Below are positions 61,567 through 64,000 of a stretch of DNA of 64,000 bases, in pieces. The translations under genes and the position numbers were made by a program. Source of the stretch: Candidatus Cryptobacteroides sp. (GTDB lineage Bacteria; Bacteroidota; Bacteroidia; Bacteroidales; UBA932); NCBI GenBank assembly GCA_045614445.1, contig JAZLCW010000009.1, positions 5,276-69,275 of the forward strand. Direction: 5' to 3'. Numbering within the stretch: position 1 is the stretch's first letter; each line of letters begins with the position of its first letter. The notes below the pieces were generated by a model. That model did not search any database. It was not told where the DNA came from and was given only the letters and a program-made list of their open reading frames with translations.

Positions 61567-62595
61567 CTATGCCTTTGAAAACACCTTTGCGAATATCTGG
61601 AGCAGAAGAATTATAAGAGCGAATGTCAGCACAAATGCCCAGACATTGATCTTGCGGGACACGGCCTCCAGAATGAGGTCTCCGTCCACAAGCCTGAACG
61701 CATCCACCTTCCAGGAAGGACTGCCATCGATGAAATCCACCGCATTGCCTTCATAGTAGCGGCCAGGCAGATTTATTGAGTAAATAAATGAATAAGAAAA
61801 ATATGAAATCAGCTTCGAAGCTTCAGTATAAGCCTCTTTAAGCGGTTGTTCATTAATACGATATACATCTTCAAACTCCGCTTCCGGATAAAGCTCTGCC
61901 AATCTTTCCACAAAAGTGTCCGGCTCCATGACAAAGACAAGATCCCTGTCGATACCATTCATGAATAGCGGTTTGCATCCTTCCAGCATCCGGGCCTGAG
62001 CCTGTGTGCAATATGGTTCAAGGATATCACTGAGAGTGTAAAAGACTGCATCAGAATACCACTCTGCAAACTTCTTGTTCACATCATCCAGAAGGTAGTA
62101 CATCTCCAGGCCGTTCCAGCCCTGAGGAGGGTTGTCTCCTACGAAAAAAAGTTCTCTCTGCTGCGGTGTGATATATCCATCCAACGAAAGAGGAAGCATA
62201 TCCTTCAGGCTCTTGAATTCAGCCCTGTAATCATAGTAAGTATAGAACCACCTGAACCTTTTGGAAAGGGTCTCTGCAGGTGTGAACAGAGGATTTCCTT
62301 TCTGATATTGATCCGGCTGGAAGGAGATGTCTTCGATGTTATCAGCCTTCGCCTGATACCTTTTCATCATCTTGCCGACCTGATCATAGAAGTCCACTTC
62401 AAATGGCGAAGCCACATCCGATCCGACCCATGTTTCTGTAGAAATAAAATCCGACAGATAGTCTTCATTCTCCATATATACAGACCTCTCCACAGATAAA
62501 TCCTCCCGCACATCTGTAGTAACATAATAATATGAAGAACAAGAATTTACAAACATCACTGCAAGCATCGCTGCAAATATACATCTAAGTCTCAT
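61567..62595 (-). CDS. Hypothetical lipoprotein with C-terminal TM helix
   Basis: FVNS-C lipobox, KRFRWFYTYY, C-terminal hydrophobic helix. Confidence 0.7.
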   Translation of the reverse strand: MRLRCIFAAMLAVMFVNSCSSYYYVTTDVREDLSVERSVYMENEDYLSDFISTETWVGSDVASPFEVDFYDQVGKMMKRYQAKADNIEDISFQPDQYQKGNPLFTPAETLSKRFRWFYTYYDYRAEFKSLKDMLPLSLDGYITPQQRELFFVGDNPPQGWNGLEMYYLLDDVNKKFAEWYSDAVFYTLSDILEPYCTQAQARMLEGCKPLFMNGIDRDLVFVMEPDTFVERLAELYPEAEFEDVYRINEQPLKEAYTEASKLISYFSYSFIYSINLPGRYYEGNAVDFIDGSPSWKVDAFRLVDGDLILEAVSRKINVWAFVLTFALIILLLQIFAKVFSKA

Positions 62596-62606
62596 AAGTC
62601 TGTTTC

Positions 62607-62960
62607 CTAAAGGAATCTCTCCCTGATTTCACTTGAATTTCTATAAGCCTCATATAGTCTGGATGCAGGCGTACGTCCACGGTCATCCAGGCGCGCATCT
62701 GTCCATAACTCCTGCTCATGACAGACTTCAGGGCTCGAAAAATAACCGTAAAGAGCGCTACAGAAAGCCACTACCAGCACAGCAGCGGCAGCCACAGTAA
62801 GCCTTTTCAATATCATATAAGCAGTCTGCATCTCAGTAGTCTCTGCCGTCTTTGAAAGTATCCTCTTCCTGAGAGTCTCAGGATCCGCAGGCTCTCCTGT
62901 CACCTTCTTAAGATAACCGGTATAAGCCTTGAAATCAATGTAATCATCTGACCTTTCCAT
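62607..62960 (-). CDS. Putative single-pass anti-sigma factor
   Basis: Overlaps the ECF sigma stop; short N-terminus, one TM helix, short tail. Confidence 0.55.
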   Translation of the reverse strand: MERSDDYIDFKAYTGYLKKVTGEPADPETLRKRILSKTAETTEMQTAYMILKRLTVAAAAVLVVAFCSALYGYFSSPEVCHEQELWTDARLDDRGRTPASRLYEAYRNSSEIRERFL

Positions 62961-63519
62961 ACCTTTCAAGTTCTTGTCTGATTTTCTTTCTTGCTATGTG
63001 GAGATTGCTTTTGATCTGATCGGGAGTCATTCCGGTAACAGCCTCGACTTCCTCCGTTTCCAGTCCTTCAAGATCACGGAGAGTGAAGACCGCTCTCTGT
63101 TTAGGAGAAAGATGGCGCGATGCACGGCAGAAGATTTCCCAGGTCTCCTTTGTGATGAAGTCTTCTTCAGGAGAAAGGGCCATCGGAGCAGAGGTCTCAT
63201 ATACCGAAGGAGTTATCGACAGGAAGGACAATACACTGCGTCTGCGCAGACGGTCATAACATAAATTGCAAGTGATCCGATATATCCAGGTCGACAGACT
63301 GTAACGGCCATCAAAGTCCGAGGCCTTCTTCCATACTTTTATGAACACCTCCTGAGTGACATCCTCGCTGTCATCCCGGTCGCAAAGAATCCTGTAGGAT
63401 GTCCTGGACACCATTGAAATATATCTGTCCAGCACCTGATCCAGAGCGCCCTTGCGTCCAAGGGCGACAGCCCCCATCAGAGCCGCATCATTGTCATATT
63501 TTCCTACATTACGATTCAT
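62944..63519 (-). CDS. ECF RNA polymerase sigma factor
   Basis: EDVTQEVFIKVW, TWIYRITCN, LSPKQRAVFTLR, IKSNLHIARK. Confidence 0.93.
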   Translation of the reverse strand: MNRNVGKYDNDAALMGAVALGRKGALDQVLDRYISMVSRTSYRILCDRDDSEDVTQEVFIKVWKKASDFDGRYSLSTWIYRITCNLCYDRLRRRSVLSFLSITPSVYETSAPMALSPEEDFITKETWEIFCRASRHLSPKQRAVFTLRDLEGLETEEVEAVTGMTPDQIKSNLHIARKKIRQELERYGKVR

Positions 63520-63690
63520 TGCCACGCACCGCTTCAAAAACAATTCCGAACAATATACGCAGCAGGTGGAAGAAAGTAAAATCAGATTGTAAAATAATTA
63601 AAAAAGTTTACAGGCATTGTAAAATTTCTTTACACTCGACCGAGTTTGAAGATTTAAACAAATATCTGACTACTAACAACTTATACACTT

Positions 63691-63705
63691 TGGCACAGCA
63701 AATGA
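63691..63705 (+). promoter_or_regulatory. Sigma54-like promoter candidate for the TolC gene
   Basis: TGGCACAGCAAATGA; upstream repeated GTAAAAT and an imperfect TGTAAA..TTTACA inverted repeat. Confidence 0.4.
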
Positions 63706-63758
63706 AAACATTCCGGCAAAACCGGATAAAAACAACCTTATTATTACATAATAAAGCG

Positions 63759-64000
63759 ATGAAAGGAATCAGACTGACAGCCATAGCAATCGGACTCGCA
63801 GCGACATTGACCGCCTCGGCCCAGCAGGCTATGACACTTGACCAGGCCATCCATACCGCGCGCCACCAGTCGGTGGAAGCATTGGAAGCAAGGCAGGCAT
63901 TCATCTCGACATATTGGGCATACCGTTCCTACAAGGCAAGCCGCCTGCCATCGTTCTACCTCTACGGAGACATCATGAACTTCGACCGTTCACTCACACT
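63759..64000 (+). CDS. TolC-family outer-membrane efflux protein, 5' part only
   Basis: MKGIRLTAIAIGLAATLTASAQQAMTLDQAI..S..A...YWAYRSYKASRLPS, typical Bacteroidales TolC N-terminus. Confidence 0.8.
   Translation, partial: MKGIRLTAIAIGLAATLTASAQQAMTLDQAIHTARHQSVEALEARQAFISTYWAYRSYKASRLPSFYLYGDIMNFDRSLT

Overview
Gene-dense chromosomal window from an anaerobic, xylan-degrading Bacteroidales bacterium. The lineage is inferred from many TAnnTTTG -7 promoter boxes, A-rich leaders without Shine-Dalgarno motifs, lipoprotein fimbrillins and the DUF3575/DUF5119 families. All product calls come from motif recognition; no database searches were run. Contents, in order: a type V (fimbrillin) pilus locus with a membrane-anchored AraC regulator (1-5743); an internally deleted IS1182-like relic (7601-8333); gadB-gadC; an MsrA-AlkD fusion; scattered xylan enzymes (GH10-CE1, GH43-CBM6, GH127/146, GH115, GH3, two more CE1) with no SusC/SusD in the window; a micropeptide plus pilin-like M64 protease cassette; aspA; fprA-rubredoxin behind a consensus sigma54 promoter; an N-degron operon with an M13 peptidase inserted between clpS and clpA; an ECF sigma/anti-sigma/lipid-enzyme run; and the start of a TolC gene. 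The most striking unannotated signal is a 130-145 nt structured repeat in three divergent copies (7675-7819 minus, 8141-8275 plus, 32040-32168 plus). It shows compensatory base changes, strand-specific G-U pairs, 5' GTAG motifs and four conserved G-tracts around a hairpin. I saw no rRNA, tRNA or CRISPR array.
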